A stretch of 62,639 nucleotides of DNA, the filler included. It is 8 parts of 8 records of this genome, joined end to end, with 100 filler letters (N's around TTAATTAATTAA, not from the genome) between each part and the next. Parts side by side here need not be neighbours in the genome. Positions count along the whole stretch, not along the records: positions 13,997 to 21,433 come from SRR31156797_22231; positions 21,534 to 32,253 come from SRR31156797_22242; 6 more parts are not named here. The stretch is one strand, 5' to 3'. Numbering within the stretch: position 1 is the stretch's first letter; the number at the start of each line of letters is the position of its first letter. Shown here one piece after another: positions 18,860 through 27,716 of this stretch. Below the pieces are notes generated by a model, which saw only the letters and a program-made list of their open reading frames with translations, was not told where the DNA came from and did not search any database. A program made the translations under genes and the position numbers.

Positions 18860-20281
18860 ATGACATTTTTTGAAAAGTTGGAAGCGGTTTGTACGGAGAA
18901 GAACACACTTCTCTGTGTCGGTCTGGATCCCAGGGTTGATGTAAAAGGCCCGGGTGCGGCTTTGAAGGCCATCGTCGAACAGAACAGCAGGATCATTGAG
19001 GAGACCCTTCCCTATGCGGCCTGTTTCAAACCCAATATCGCTTTTTACGAGGTATACGGGCCCGAAGGGCTGAAGGCCCTCAAGGAAACCCTTTCGCTCA
19101 TCCCTCGCGAGATTCCCGTTCTGATCGATGCCAAGAGAAACGACATCGGTTCCACCGCCCAGGCATACGCGGACTCTCTGATTGATTTTTACAAGGCCGA
19201 CGCCGTCACCCTCTCCCCCTATATGGGACGGGACGCAGTGGATCCCTTCCTCGACAAGGGCGATCAGCACGGCGCCTTCCTGCTCTGCCGGACCACCAAT
19301 CCCGGCGCGGCGGCTATGCAGGATATGATGGTCAGGCGTCCCGGCGGAGCTGAGGAAGAGCTCTATATCTCCACTGCCCGCGAGTGCATCAGCTGGGGCA
19401 GCCAGATCGGACTGGTCGTGGCCGGTAACGATACGGAGGCCCTGAGAAAGGTTCGGGCCGCCTGTCCCGAGACATGGTTTCTGACCCCCGGCATCGGTAC
19501 CCAGGGCGGCGATATGCTGGAGGCCGTTTCCGCAGGATGCAGGGCTGACGGCCTGGGGATCCTCCCCAACGTCTCCCGCTCTGTAGCGGGCGCAGCCAAA
19601 CCCGGCGAGGCCGCAAAGGAGTTCAGGGACAAGCTGAACGAGGCCAGGGGACAGCGCAAGGCCGTTCGGGGAGCCACCCTGAAGGGCATGAGAAAAGACA
19701 AGATCATGAAAGGACTGATCAAGTCCGAATGTTTCCGGGTAGGGGAGTTCACCCTCAAATCCGGTAAGAAGTCCCCCTTCTATATCGATCTGAGACGGAC
19801 CAGCTCGGACGCCGCCCTCCTGGCCGAGGTCGCCAGAGGATACGCCGAGCTGATCGAAGGTCTGGAGTACGACAGGATCGCCGGTATCCCCGTGGCCGCC
19901 CTGCCCCTGGCCACCGCCGTTTCCCTGGAGACGGGCATCCCCATGATCTATCCCCGGATGACCATGAAGGAGCACGGTACGGGCAACCGCATCGAGGGTG
20001 ACTATGAGAAGGGGGAGAAGATCCTGCTTCTGGACGACCTGATAACCACCGGCAAGTCCAAGGTCGAGGCCATCGGGATCCTCCGCGAGGCCGGTCTGAT
20101 CGTAGACGATCTGCTTGTGCTCCTCGAAAGAGGGGCCCAGGGCCGCAAGGATATGGAGGCGGCCGGCGTAAAGCTCCACAGCTACGCCCATGTGAGCGAG
20201 TTCCTCCAGCCCTGCCATGACCTGGGGCTGATCGACGACGCCCAGCTCAAGGATATGCTGGACTACGCCGCCAGGGAGTAG
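18860..20281 (+). CDS. pyrFE: bifunctional OMP decarboxylase - orotate phosphoribosyltransferase (PyrF-PyrE fusion)
   Basis: LCVGLDP, KPNIAFY, DAKRNDIGST, PGIGTQGG; then FTLKSGKKSPFYIDLR, LLDDLITTG. Confidence 0.92.
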   Translation: MTFFEKLEAVCTEKNTLLCVGLDPRVDVKGPGAALKAIVEQNSRIIEETLPYAACFKPNIAFYEVYGPEGLKALKETLSLIPREIPVLIDAKRNDIGSTAQAYADSLIDFYKADAVTLSPYMGRDAVDPFLDKGDQHGAFLLCRTTNPGAAAMQDMMVRRPGGAEEELYISTARECISWGSQIGLVVAGNDTEALRKVRAACPETWFLTPGIGTQGGDMLEAVSAGCRADGLGILPNVSRSVAGAAKPGEAAKEFRDKLNEARGQRKAVRGATLKGMRKDKIMKGLIKSECFRVGEFTLKSGKKSPFYIDLRRTSSDAALLAEVARGYAELIEGLEYDRIAGIPVAALPLATAVSLETGIPMIYPRMTMKEHGTGNRIEGDYEKGEKILLLDDLITTGKSKVEAIGILREAGLIVDDLLVLLERGAQGRKDMEAAGVKLHSYAHVSEFLQPCHDLGLIDDAQLKDMLDYAARE

Positions 20282-20284
20282 TGC

Positions 20285-21433
20285 TTGGAGTTCGTCGCCC
20301 TGATCCTGGACATCCTGACCCGGAACATCTCACTGGGGCCCGTGAGCATGCCTTTCAGCATACTGGGGCTTGTGAGCCGGGTGATCCTCCCCTTCCTGGG
20401 GATGATCATCCTCTATCGCGTCATGCTCTGGGGAATCCGCAAGATTCTGAATGTCACAAAGCTTAAGGATGAGATCAAGGCGACGGTCATTAAATATCTC
20501 AGATATGTTCTGAAGCTGCTTGTGGTCGCCGGTCTGGTTCTCTCGGTGGGAAACCTGCTGGGCAGCCAGGTGAGCGTCTGGGTAAGCGGATTCCTTAATT
20601 TTCTGAACAAGCCATTCTTCATCTCCGGAAACACCCGCATCTCCATCGTCACCCTGCTGATGCTGATCCCCGTTTTCTATATGTCCTCCTGGTCGGGAAA
20701 ATATATCAGAAAGATCCTGGAGAGCTCGCTGTTCGAACAGTTCGGCATGGACGAGGCCCGGCGCTTTTCCATAGGCAATCTTACACGTTACTTTGTGATG
20801 ATCCTGGTTTTCCTATTCGGAATGTCTATGGTGGGGATAGACTTTTCGGCCCTGGGCGTCCTTCTCGGGGTGCTCGGTATCGGACTTGGTTTCGGTCTTC
20901 AGGGTATCGTGGCGAATTTTTTCGCCGGTATTATCATCATCACTTCAAGGCCTATCAAGGAGGGCGACCGGGTTCGGGTAAACGGCTACGACGGCATCGT
21001 CCAGAGCATCCGCTTTATCAACACCGAGATCAAGACCTTCGAGAACGAGAATATCATCCTTCCCAATTCCCATTTTACCGACAGCGCGGTCCACAACTAC
21101 TCCTATAACGACAGGAAAATCGTCATCGTCAATGAGATCGGCGTCTCCTATGATTCCGATCTGGATGAGGTGGTGAAGGTCCTGGAAGAGATCAATGAGC
21201 GGAATCCCTATCGCTCCGGGGGACCTGAGAATGTGGTCAGGATTCTCTCCTTCGGAGACAACGGCATCAATCTGGCCCTGCGGAGCCTGATCCGGGAGCT
21301 TTCCCACAAGGCCGACGCCTTCTCCTGGACCAATTTGGAGATCTGGCGCAGCTTCAGGGACAGGGGCATAGAGATCCCCTTTCCCCAGCGGGTCGTTTAT
21401 ATAAAAACGCCTGAGGCCGAAGGAACCGTCGAA
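20285..21433 (+). CDS. MscS-family mechanosensitive channel, 3' end at contig edge
   Basis: GIGLGFGLQGIVANFFAG, RPIKEGD, ILPNS, GIEIPFPQR. Confidence 0.88.
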
Positions 21434-21533
21434 NNNNNNNNNNNNNNNNNNNNNNNNNNNNNNNNNNNNNNNNNNNNTTAATTAATTAANNNNNNNNNNN
21501 NNNNNNNNNNNNNNNNNNNNNNNNNNNNNNNNN
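21434..21533. other. artificial contig spacer
   Basis: N44-TTAATTAATTAA-N44. Confidence 0.98.
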
Positions 21534-21554
21534 CATTCTAAATTTCATTATTCC

Positions 21555-21562
21555 TACATTTG
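21555..21562 (+). promoter_or_regulatory. Bacteroidota-type -7 promoter element (TACATTTG) for the integrase
   Basis: Matches TAnnTTTG about 20 bp upstream of ATG 21585. Confidence 0.45.
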
Positions 21563-21584
21563 GCCTACCAAAAATGAGCAGGGA

Positions 21585-22727
21585 ATGAGGAAACCCAAAA
21601 TCACACTGGCCTATGATGAACACCGCAATCGCGAGGTGGTGAGTTTGTGTTTTGATAAGGATTTTGAGTTGATCAACAAAGTAAAAACCATTCCTGGTGC
21701 TGCCTGGAGCCAGACTAAAACTTATTGGTACATTTTTAAAGAAGATTTTAACCTGGGAAAGGTTTTCGATGTTTTATCGCCGGTGGCTTACCTGGATTAT
21801 TCGGCGATTAAGCAACCGGCATCCATACCTAAAAAAAACACCAGGAAACAAAAAAAGGAAAAACTAAAACCGATTCTATCAGGCAACGTTAAAAAAAAGA
21901 TAGATTCGTTCAGACTTTGGATGGAACAAAACCGTTACAGGCCAAACACCATTGACACATACATAGATGCACTCCGCACTTTTTTTGGGTTCTTCAACCA
22001 CAACCACCCTGCATCACTTACCAACGATGACCTGATCGAATTTAATAAATCATTCATTATCCAGCGAAACTATTCCCCTTCTTATCAAAATCAGGTGATA
22101 AATGCCATAAAACTCTTTTACACAAAAGAACTGAAGCATGCGATGATAATTGATGAAATTGAACGCCCGATAAGGAGAAAGCCCCTGCCCAAAGTCCTGG
22201 CCAAAGCAACCATTAAGGAAATGCTGGCAGGAATTTCAAACCTCAAACATAAAACAGCACTAACGCTGGTTTACGGACTTGGATTAAGACGTGGTGAAAT
22301 ACTAAGGATGGAGGTCAGCCATATTGATTTTAACCGCAAAACCGTAATGATAATAAACAGTAAGGGCGGAAACGACAGGCCCCTTCCCTTGAGTGATAAA
22401 CTCATCAGGATGATTAAGCAGCAGCTTACCGCCTATGAACCAATGAAATATGTTATAGAAGGGAAAGCCAAAGGCAAGCCCTACAGCCCGACAAGCCTAA
22501 GTAACATTTTTGAAAAAAACCTTACGAAGGTAATTGGAGAAAACAAATATAGCCTGCATTGCCTGCGGCATTCGTATGCAACACATTTGCTGGAGGCCGG
22601 GGTTGACATACGATACATACAAGAACTGCTTGGGCACAAGAGCTCACGCACTACCGAAATATACACACATGTAAGCATGAAAAATTTAAGTAACATCAAA
22701 AACCCAACAGATGATTTCGACATTTAA
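21585..22727 (+). CDS. tyrosine recombinase (integron-integrase-like, N-terminal SAM-like domain)
   Basis: YGLGLRRGE, SKGGNDR, HCLRHSYATHLLEAGVDIRYIQELLGH, TTEIYTHV: complete R-K-H-R-H-Y set. Confidence 0.92.
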   Translation: MRKPKITLAYDEHRNREVVSLCFDKDFELINKVKTIPGAAWSQTKTYWYIFKEDFNLGKVFDVLSPVAYLDYSAIKQPASIPKKNTRKQKKEKLKPILSGNVKKKIDSFRLWMEQNRYRPNTIDTYIDALRTFFGFFNHNHPASLTNDDLIEFNKSFIIQRNYSPSYQNQVINAIKLFYTKELKHAMIIDEIERPIRRKPLPKVLAKATIKEMLAGISNLKHKTALTLVYGLGLRRGEILRMEVSHIDFNRKTVMIINSKGGNDRPLPLSDKLIRMIKQQLTAYEPMKYVIEGKAKGKPYSPTSLSNIFEKNLTKVIGENKYSLHCLRHSYATHLLEAGVDIRYIQELLGHKSSRTTEIYTHVSMKNLSNIKNPTDDFDI

Positions 22728-22802
22728 AATAGTAACACCCAAATGTGTACATAGCATGCAGGATATTGAAATATTGTTGGGAAAAGTCGAACCTATAAAC
22801 AA

Positions 22803-23242
22803 GTTGTATTTAATTTAAAATTTACGCACATGAATAAGATTTGTTTAAGGGGAAAGGAGGGAAAAATTTGAAGTCAAGTCGATTTCGGAAATACCGTTCA
22901 AGTTACACTTGATAACGTGGTTACGTTAAAAACGACTTGGCAAAGGAATAGGATTTTGCTGACAAAGTCAAGGATTTTGGCAACAAATTTTTACCCTGGG
23001 ATAATAAGTATCCGTTTTCGTTACAAGCCATATCATTACGGTTTGATATAACCAATTAAGAAAACGATAAACAAATCACAATAAATGGACAAAAGGAGTA
23101 AATTTGAAACTACGTTTTTTTTAACAAGTAAAATGAATGAAAAACTAAACACAACACGCGATGATTTCGCATTGCCGCCGGTGGGGTGGTTTTAATGATA
23201 GAAAAAAGCGGTATGGCGGCAACGACGACATATCGCGATAAC
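22803..23242 (+). mobile_element. integron-like cassette 1, non-coding (440 bp)
   Basis: Begins GTTGTATTTAATTT (22803-22816); its near-complement AAACTAAACACAAC (23142-23155) precedes a hairpin; no ORF of 60 aa or more on either strand. Confidence 0.65.
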
Positions 23243-23257
23243 GTTACCTGCAAGGCT
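23142..23257 (+). repeat. attC-like recombination site (imperfect hairpin)
   Basis: ...CACAAC-ACGCGAT..TTGCCGCC-loop-GGCGGCAA..ATCGCG-ATAAC-GTT: AAC/GTT core ends with paired arms. Confidence 0.7.
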
Positions 23258-23403
23258 AAAAAAATGAACAGTGATAATTAAAGAGACAAAATGAAATTAT
23301 TAAAAAAGCTAACTCAAATGAGGTTGAATTTTACAATTAAAAACTTGGGATTTATGTTTTTGAATGTACAAAATGATCTGTCTTATAGATTTATTGAATT
23401 CAT

Positions 23404-23411
23404 TAAATTTG
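23404..23411 (+). promoter_or_regulatory. Bacteroidota-type -7 element (TAAATTTG) internal to cassette 2
   Basis: TAnnTTTG 13 bp upstream of the first TIR gene. Confidence 0.4.
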
Positions 23412-23424
23412 AAAAAATATTGAC

Positions 23425-23799
23425 ATGGAAAAGAAAAGAGTCTTCATAAGTTTTGACTTTGATTACGACAGAATTCTTAAAGAGTTTGTTATCGGTCAAT
23501 CTAAAAAGCCTGATGCACCATTTAAGGTGATTGATCATTCATTGAAAGAAGCAGCCCCTGAAAGAGAATGGGAGAAAAAGGCTTTAGCTGCTATAAAGAG
23601 ATCAGAAATAGTTTTGGTAATGGTTGGGCCAAATACCTATCGAGCTCCTGGCGTATTAAAAGAGGTGCAAATGGCCAGAGATGAGGATAGAAAGGTCGTG
23701 CAGGTTATTGGGTACAAAGATGGCAATTATAAACCTGTAACCAATGCGGGTAAACTTTATCGATGGAATTGGGAAAATTTAAAAAATTTATTAAGCTAA
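23425..23799 (+). CDS. thsB: TIR-domain protein (Thoeris ThsB-like)
   Basis: KRVFISFDFDYD start, LVMVGPNT, catalytic-position Glu in GVLKEV. Confidence 0.8.
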   Translation: MEKKRVFISFDFDYDRILKEFVIGQSKKPDAPFKVIDHSLKEAAPEREWEKKALAAIKRSEIVLVMVGPNTYRAPGVLKEVQMARDEDRKVVQVIGYKDGNYKPVTNAGKLYRWNWENLKNLLS

Positions 23800-23810
23800 T
23801 GATTTGCGAT

Positions 23811-25271
23811 ATGCCTATCTCAAGAAAAACACTTATTAAGGAATATGTAGAAGCAATCCAAAGGGAGGAAGCTGCAATATTTGCTGGAGCAGGCCTTTCA
23901 ATACCAGCTGGTTTTGTAAATTGGAAAGAGCTTTTAAGAGATATAGCGGAAAGCATAGAATTGGATGTTGAGGAAGAATACGACCTGATTGCTTTGGCCC
24001 AATATTATGAAAATGATAGGAACAGGGGAAGATTAAATCAGGTACTAATCGATGAATTTGCTAAATCTGCATCAATTACAAAGAACCATGAAATTTTGGC
24101 CTCTATGCCAATAAGATATTATTGGACAACGAACTTTGATAAAGTTATTGAAAAAGCCATTGAAAGAGCAGGTAAAACACCGGATGTAAAAATTTCATTG
24201 CAGAATTTAGCACTATCGAGATTTAAAGCCGATGCAGTAATATACAAGATGCATGGAGATGTATCGCAACCACATGAAGCGATTATTACAAAAGAAGATT
24301 TTGAAACTTTCGAGGAAAAGAAGTCACTCTTTTCACTAGCTCTCAGAGGTGATTTGGTTACTAAAACATTCCTTTTTCTTGGTTATAGCTTTAACGACCC
24401 TAATCTCTTTTACATACTTAGCAAAATAAGATCCATCCTGGATAAAAACAGCAGACCTCACTATTGCATTATGCGGAAAGTCAAAAGAGAAGACTTTGTT
24501 AAAGAAGAATTTGCTGAGGAAGAAATTGATAAAAAGTATGAATATGCTATAAAGCAGCAAAGACACAGAATTTGTGATTTGAAAAGATACAATATTTCTA
24601 CTCATTTGGTTGATGATTATAGTGAGATAACAGAAATATTGAAGGAAATTCAAACTCACGTTAAAAGAAAAACAATTTTTATATCAGGAGCAGCTACCAC
24701 ATTTGCTGATCCTTGGAATGAAGAAATTGCTTTAGGATTTGTTCAGAAACTCAGTTTCAGGTTATCAGAACTAGGCTATAAAATTGTTACGGGCTTTGGA
24801 TATGGAATTGGAAGTTCTGTGATTAATGGAGTTTTGGAGAATATTAAGAACGCAAAGTATCGAAATCTTGATGATCACTTGATTATGCGTCCATTTCCCC
24901 AAGTTAGTAAGAAGGATGAAGAGAAAAAGGAAAGAAATACTCTATATCGCAGAGAAATGCTTAAACATGCTGGCATCACAATATTCCTTTTTGGCAACAA
25001 GCATTCAGATAAAGGAATTATTGAGTCACCAGGAATGCAGGAGGAATTTGATATTGCCGTTGAATACGGTATTGTTCCATTACCAATTGGATGTACTGGT
25101 TGGAAGTCAAAAACACTATGGGAAATTGTAAATAGGAATTTTCCAGATTTTTATACTGATGATGCTAGTTTGTATGAAAAATACAAGTCTCTGAATATAA
25201 AGAAACCCGAAGTAAGTTTGCTTGTTATAAGAATTGTGGAAATAATCGAAGCCCTAAACAAAATTAATTGA
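23811..25271 (+). CDS. thsA: SIR2 + SLOG/STALD NADase effector (type I Thoeris ThsA)
   Basis: SIR2: GAGLS, TTNFD, KMHGD, FLGYSFND. SLOG: IFISGA, IVTGFGYGIG, RPFPQ, YRREML, EEFDIA. Start revised to ATG 23811. Confidence 0.88.
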   Translation: MPISRKTLIKEYVEAIQREEAAIFAGAGLSIPAGFVNWKELLRDIAESIELDVEEEYDLIALAQYYENDRNRGRLNQVLIDEFAKSASITKNHEILASMPIRYYWTTNFDKVIEKAIERAGKTPDVKISLQNLALSRFKADAVIYKMHGDVSQPHEAIITKEDFETFEEKKSLFSLALRGDLVTKTFLFLGYSFNDPNLFYILSKIRSILDKNSRPHYCIMRKVKREDFVKEEFAEEEIDKKYEYAIKQQRHRICDLKRYNISTHLVDDYSEITEILKEIQTHVKRKTIFISGAATTFADPWNEEIALGFVQKLSFRLSELGYKIVTGFGYGIGSSVINGVLENIKNAKYRNLDDHLIMRPFPQVSKKDEEKKERNTLYRREMLKHAGITIFLFGNKHSDKGIIESPGMQEEFDIAVEYGIVPLPIGCTGWKSKTLWEIVNRNFPDFYTDDASLYEKYKSLNIKKPEVSLLVIRIVEIIEALNKIN

Positions 25272-25272
25272 T

Positions 25273-25776
25273 ATGGCACGAAAAGTATTCTTTAGTTTTC
25301 ATTACAAACCGGACAACTGGCGCGCATCAAAAGTTAGAAATATTGGTGTAATAGAAGGGAACAGACCTGTGACAGACAATAAATGGGAAGAAATTACTGA
25401 TGGAGGTGATGATGCCATTGAGGATTGGATTGATGAAAATATGAGTGGAAAATCCTGTTGTGTTGTTCTTGTTGGCGAAAAAACCGCTGGCCGGAAATGG
25501 ATTAAATATGAAATAAAAAAAGCCTGGAATGATGGCAAAGGGGTATTAGGAATTTGTGTTCACAATATTACTGATCGAGATGATAAACAATCAAAAAAAG
25601 GCAGAAATCCATTTGAAGATTTCAGTGTTAAAAAGAATGGTGAAAAAGTTGGATTTGATAAAGTAATTAAGTTGTATGATCCTCCATATACAACTTCTAA
25701 AAATGTTTATATGCATATTAGTGAGAATATTGTGGATTGGATAGAAGAAGCAATTGAGATTAGGAATAGCTTTTAA
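25273..25776 (+). CDS. thsB: TIR-domain protein (Thoeris ThsB-like, DUF1863)
   Basis: MARKVFFSFHYKPDNWRA, VVLVGEKTAGRKWIKYEI, GKGVLGI. Confidence 0.88.
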   Translation: MARKVFFSFHYKPDNWRASKVRNIGVIEGNRPVTDNKWEEITDGGDDAIEDWIDENMSGKSCCVVLVGEKTAGRKWIKYEIKKAWNDGKGVLGICVHNITDRDDKQSKKGRNPFEDFSVKKNGEKVGFDKVIKLYDPPYTTSKNVYMHISENIVDWIEEAIEIRNSF

Positions 25777-25784
25777 ATTATATA

Positions 25785-27716
25785 ATGCTAATGGCACATT
25801 CATGTGAAGACGTAGTCTTGCTCTATTGCAAGGATGATATAATAAAGGTCGATATCATTAAGAAAGTATTCTATGAAAATGGTTTTACTGTTTTTGTAAG
25901 TGATCTTGATTCATCAAAGTCTAAGGATTCAATTCCCGTCCAAATAGCGTCCAAAATAGGGAATACAAATGCAGTTTTTATGATTGTGGGTCCAAAAACT
26001 GGAACTTTTCAGGTTATACTTGAACAGGATCTTGTGGTTGCTCAAATTAGTGATCCTAATAGAAATCTAGCTGTAGGAAATATTCTATTGATCGATGAAG
26101 AAAGCTACCCGAAAGATAAACTATCCTATTTTTTTAATTATAACAAATATCGACTTACGGGCGAATTAACTTTTGAAGAAAATAGGGAAATCTATTTATC
26201 AATTTTTCAATTGATACAAAAGACTAATAATACTTTTAATTTTGAAATTGCTAATAGTTGCCTTAATTCTATTCAATATGAATTACCAAAATCTTCATTA
26301 AATCAAAGGCACTACATACCAGGCCATAACAAAGTAATTCCCTATTTAAAAAAGACAGATGTAATTGATAGCGAAGAAAAGCTAACTTCATTTCTAAGGA
26401 CTCATACTAATGTTTTATTGCTAGTTGGCCCACAATTGTACGGTAAATCACTTTTAGTAAATAAAATAATTAATAACCTTAAAAAAGAATATTTTACCAA
26501 TAACAAAGAAAATGAGATTGAGTATAAATTTTATTCAGGAGAATTACCAGTAGAGAGATTTGCAACTATTCTTTATGAAGATTATGATAAGACAGAAGAG
26601 TTAGAGGGAGAAAAGAAAGAGAATTTAACTGAACCTTATAACTTATTTTTTTCTACTTCTGCCTATATTATTATGTCTGATATTATTAAAGCACTGAGTG
26701 AAGAAGACAAGAGAAAACTAAAGCAAAAAAATTATAGTTGGCTTGAACCTCTAGCATTGGTGCTTAAACAAAAGAATTTTATATCATTGATAATTGATGA
26801 TAAAAATAATAAATATTCAAGAAGTGAATCATATTTTTCAGTTATCTCTAAAATAATTAATAACCTTCTCATAGATGCAGGTATTTCTAATTATGAAAGA
26901 ATTTATGTGCTTGATATTGAAAACTTTAATAGTATTCTTGATAAATATAAGATTGATAAGGATAAGGTATTATCTAATTTTCTTTATCAAATCAAATTAG
27001 AAGAAATCTCTATATCGCAAAATCATCAATTAAACAATATACGCTTTTTAATAACGTCAAGAAACTTGCCAGGATTAAAAGAAAAAGATTTGATGGGCAA
27101 TAAACCTCCATTGATTAAACTGAAGGATTATAACCAGAAAGATTATATAGGCAACTTCATAGAAAACACTGTAATAAATAGCCTAATAAATTCAAATAAC
27201 CTGAATATCAATGACATTACAAGCGAAATCCAAAGTACAACAAATGGACACCCATGGTTTGTTTATAGATGGCTTAAATCATTTTTATTTTTAATCTCTA
27301 ATAAGAAAATTGTTAATATTGATAAGCTATTTTTGAATATCAAAGAGAATCACTTGTTCTGGTATTTAGAAGCCCCTTTTTCGAAAAGATATTTCCATGA
27401 CTTAAGTTTATTTAAAACCCGACAAGCTATAACTGAAAGCTCATTTTTAGTAGGAATTAAAAAGGCTTTTTACATTGAAGATTACGAGCATAATTGGATC
27501 CTAAATGAGAAATTATTCAACTGCTATAGGACAATAATCGGCAAACCTGGTAGTGACCCTGAACAAAAATATATTTTTGAACTAGAGAAGTTGGGATTAA
27601 TTTTTAAAACAAATAAAATGAAAGGAACATATGACTATTCGAACGAAATTATAAGACTGCAGTTTAACCCAGATTTGCTCAAAGATTATTTTAATATAGA
27701 ATTAGATGCTAAATAA
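25785..27716 (+). CDS. divergent TIR-like domain + STAND-like P-loop NTPase
   Basis: N-terminus DVVLLY..D..KV......GFTVFV...AVFMIVG....Q..LE (TIR-like); Walker A GPQLYGKS; LDIENF Walker-B-like; TNGHPW (STAND GxP). Confidence 0.6.
   Translation: MLMAHSCEDVVLLYCKDDIIKVDIIKKVFYENGFTVFVSDLDSSKSKDSIPVQIASKIGNTNAVFMIVGPKTGTFQVILEQDLVVAQISDPNRNLAVGNILLIDEESYPKDKLSYFFNYNKYRLTGELTFEENREIYLSIFQLIQKTNNTFNFEIANSCLNSIQYELPKSSLNQRHYIPGHNKVIPYLKKTDVIDSEEKLTSFLRTHTNVLLLVGPQLYGKSLLVNKIINNLKKEYFTNNKENEIEYKFYSGELPVERFATILYEDYDKTEELEGEKKENLTEPYNLFFSTSAYIIMSDIIKALSEEDKRKLKQKNYSWLEPLALVLKQKNFISLIIDDKNNKYSRSESYFSVISKIINNLLIDAGISNYERIYVLDIENFNSILDKYKIDKDKVLSNFLYQIKLEEISISQNHQLNNIRFLITSRNLPGLKEKDLMGNKPPLIKLKDYNQKDYIGNFIENTVINSLINSNNLNINDITSEIQSTTNGHPWFVYRWLKSFLFLISNKKIVNIDKLFLNIKENHLFWYLEAPFSKRYFHDLSLFKTRQAITESSFLVGIKKAFYIEDYEHNWILNEKLFNCYRTIIGKPGSDPEQKYIFELEKLGLIFKTNKMKGTYDYSNEIIRLQFNPDLLKDYFNIELDAK

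Noticed and set aside
18659-20218. 519-aa minus-strand ORF and other long shadow ORFs (e.g. 16171-17322, 4665-5534, 50130-51029)
   Set aside because: Antisense to well-supported genes in GC-rich DNA and without recognisable motifs
23763-23810. ORF-track N-terminal extension of ThsA (likewise 45615 for dctM and 44012 for tetR)
   Set aside because: They overlap upstream genes or operators; downstream ATGs fit family starts and RBS positions better
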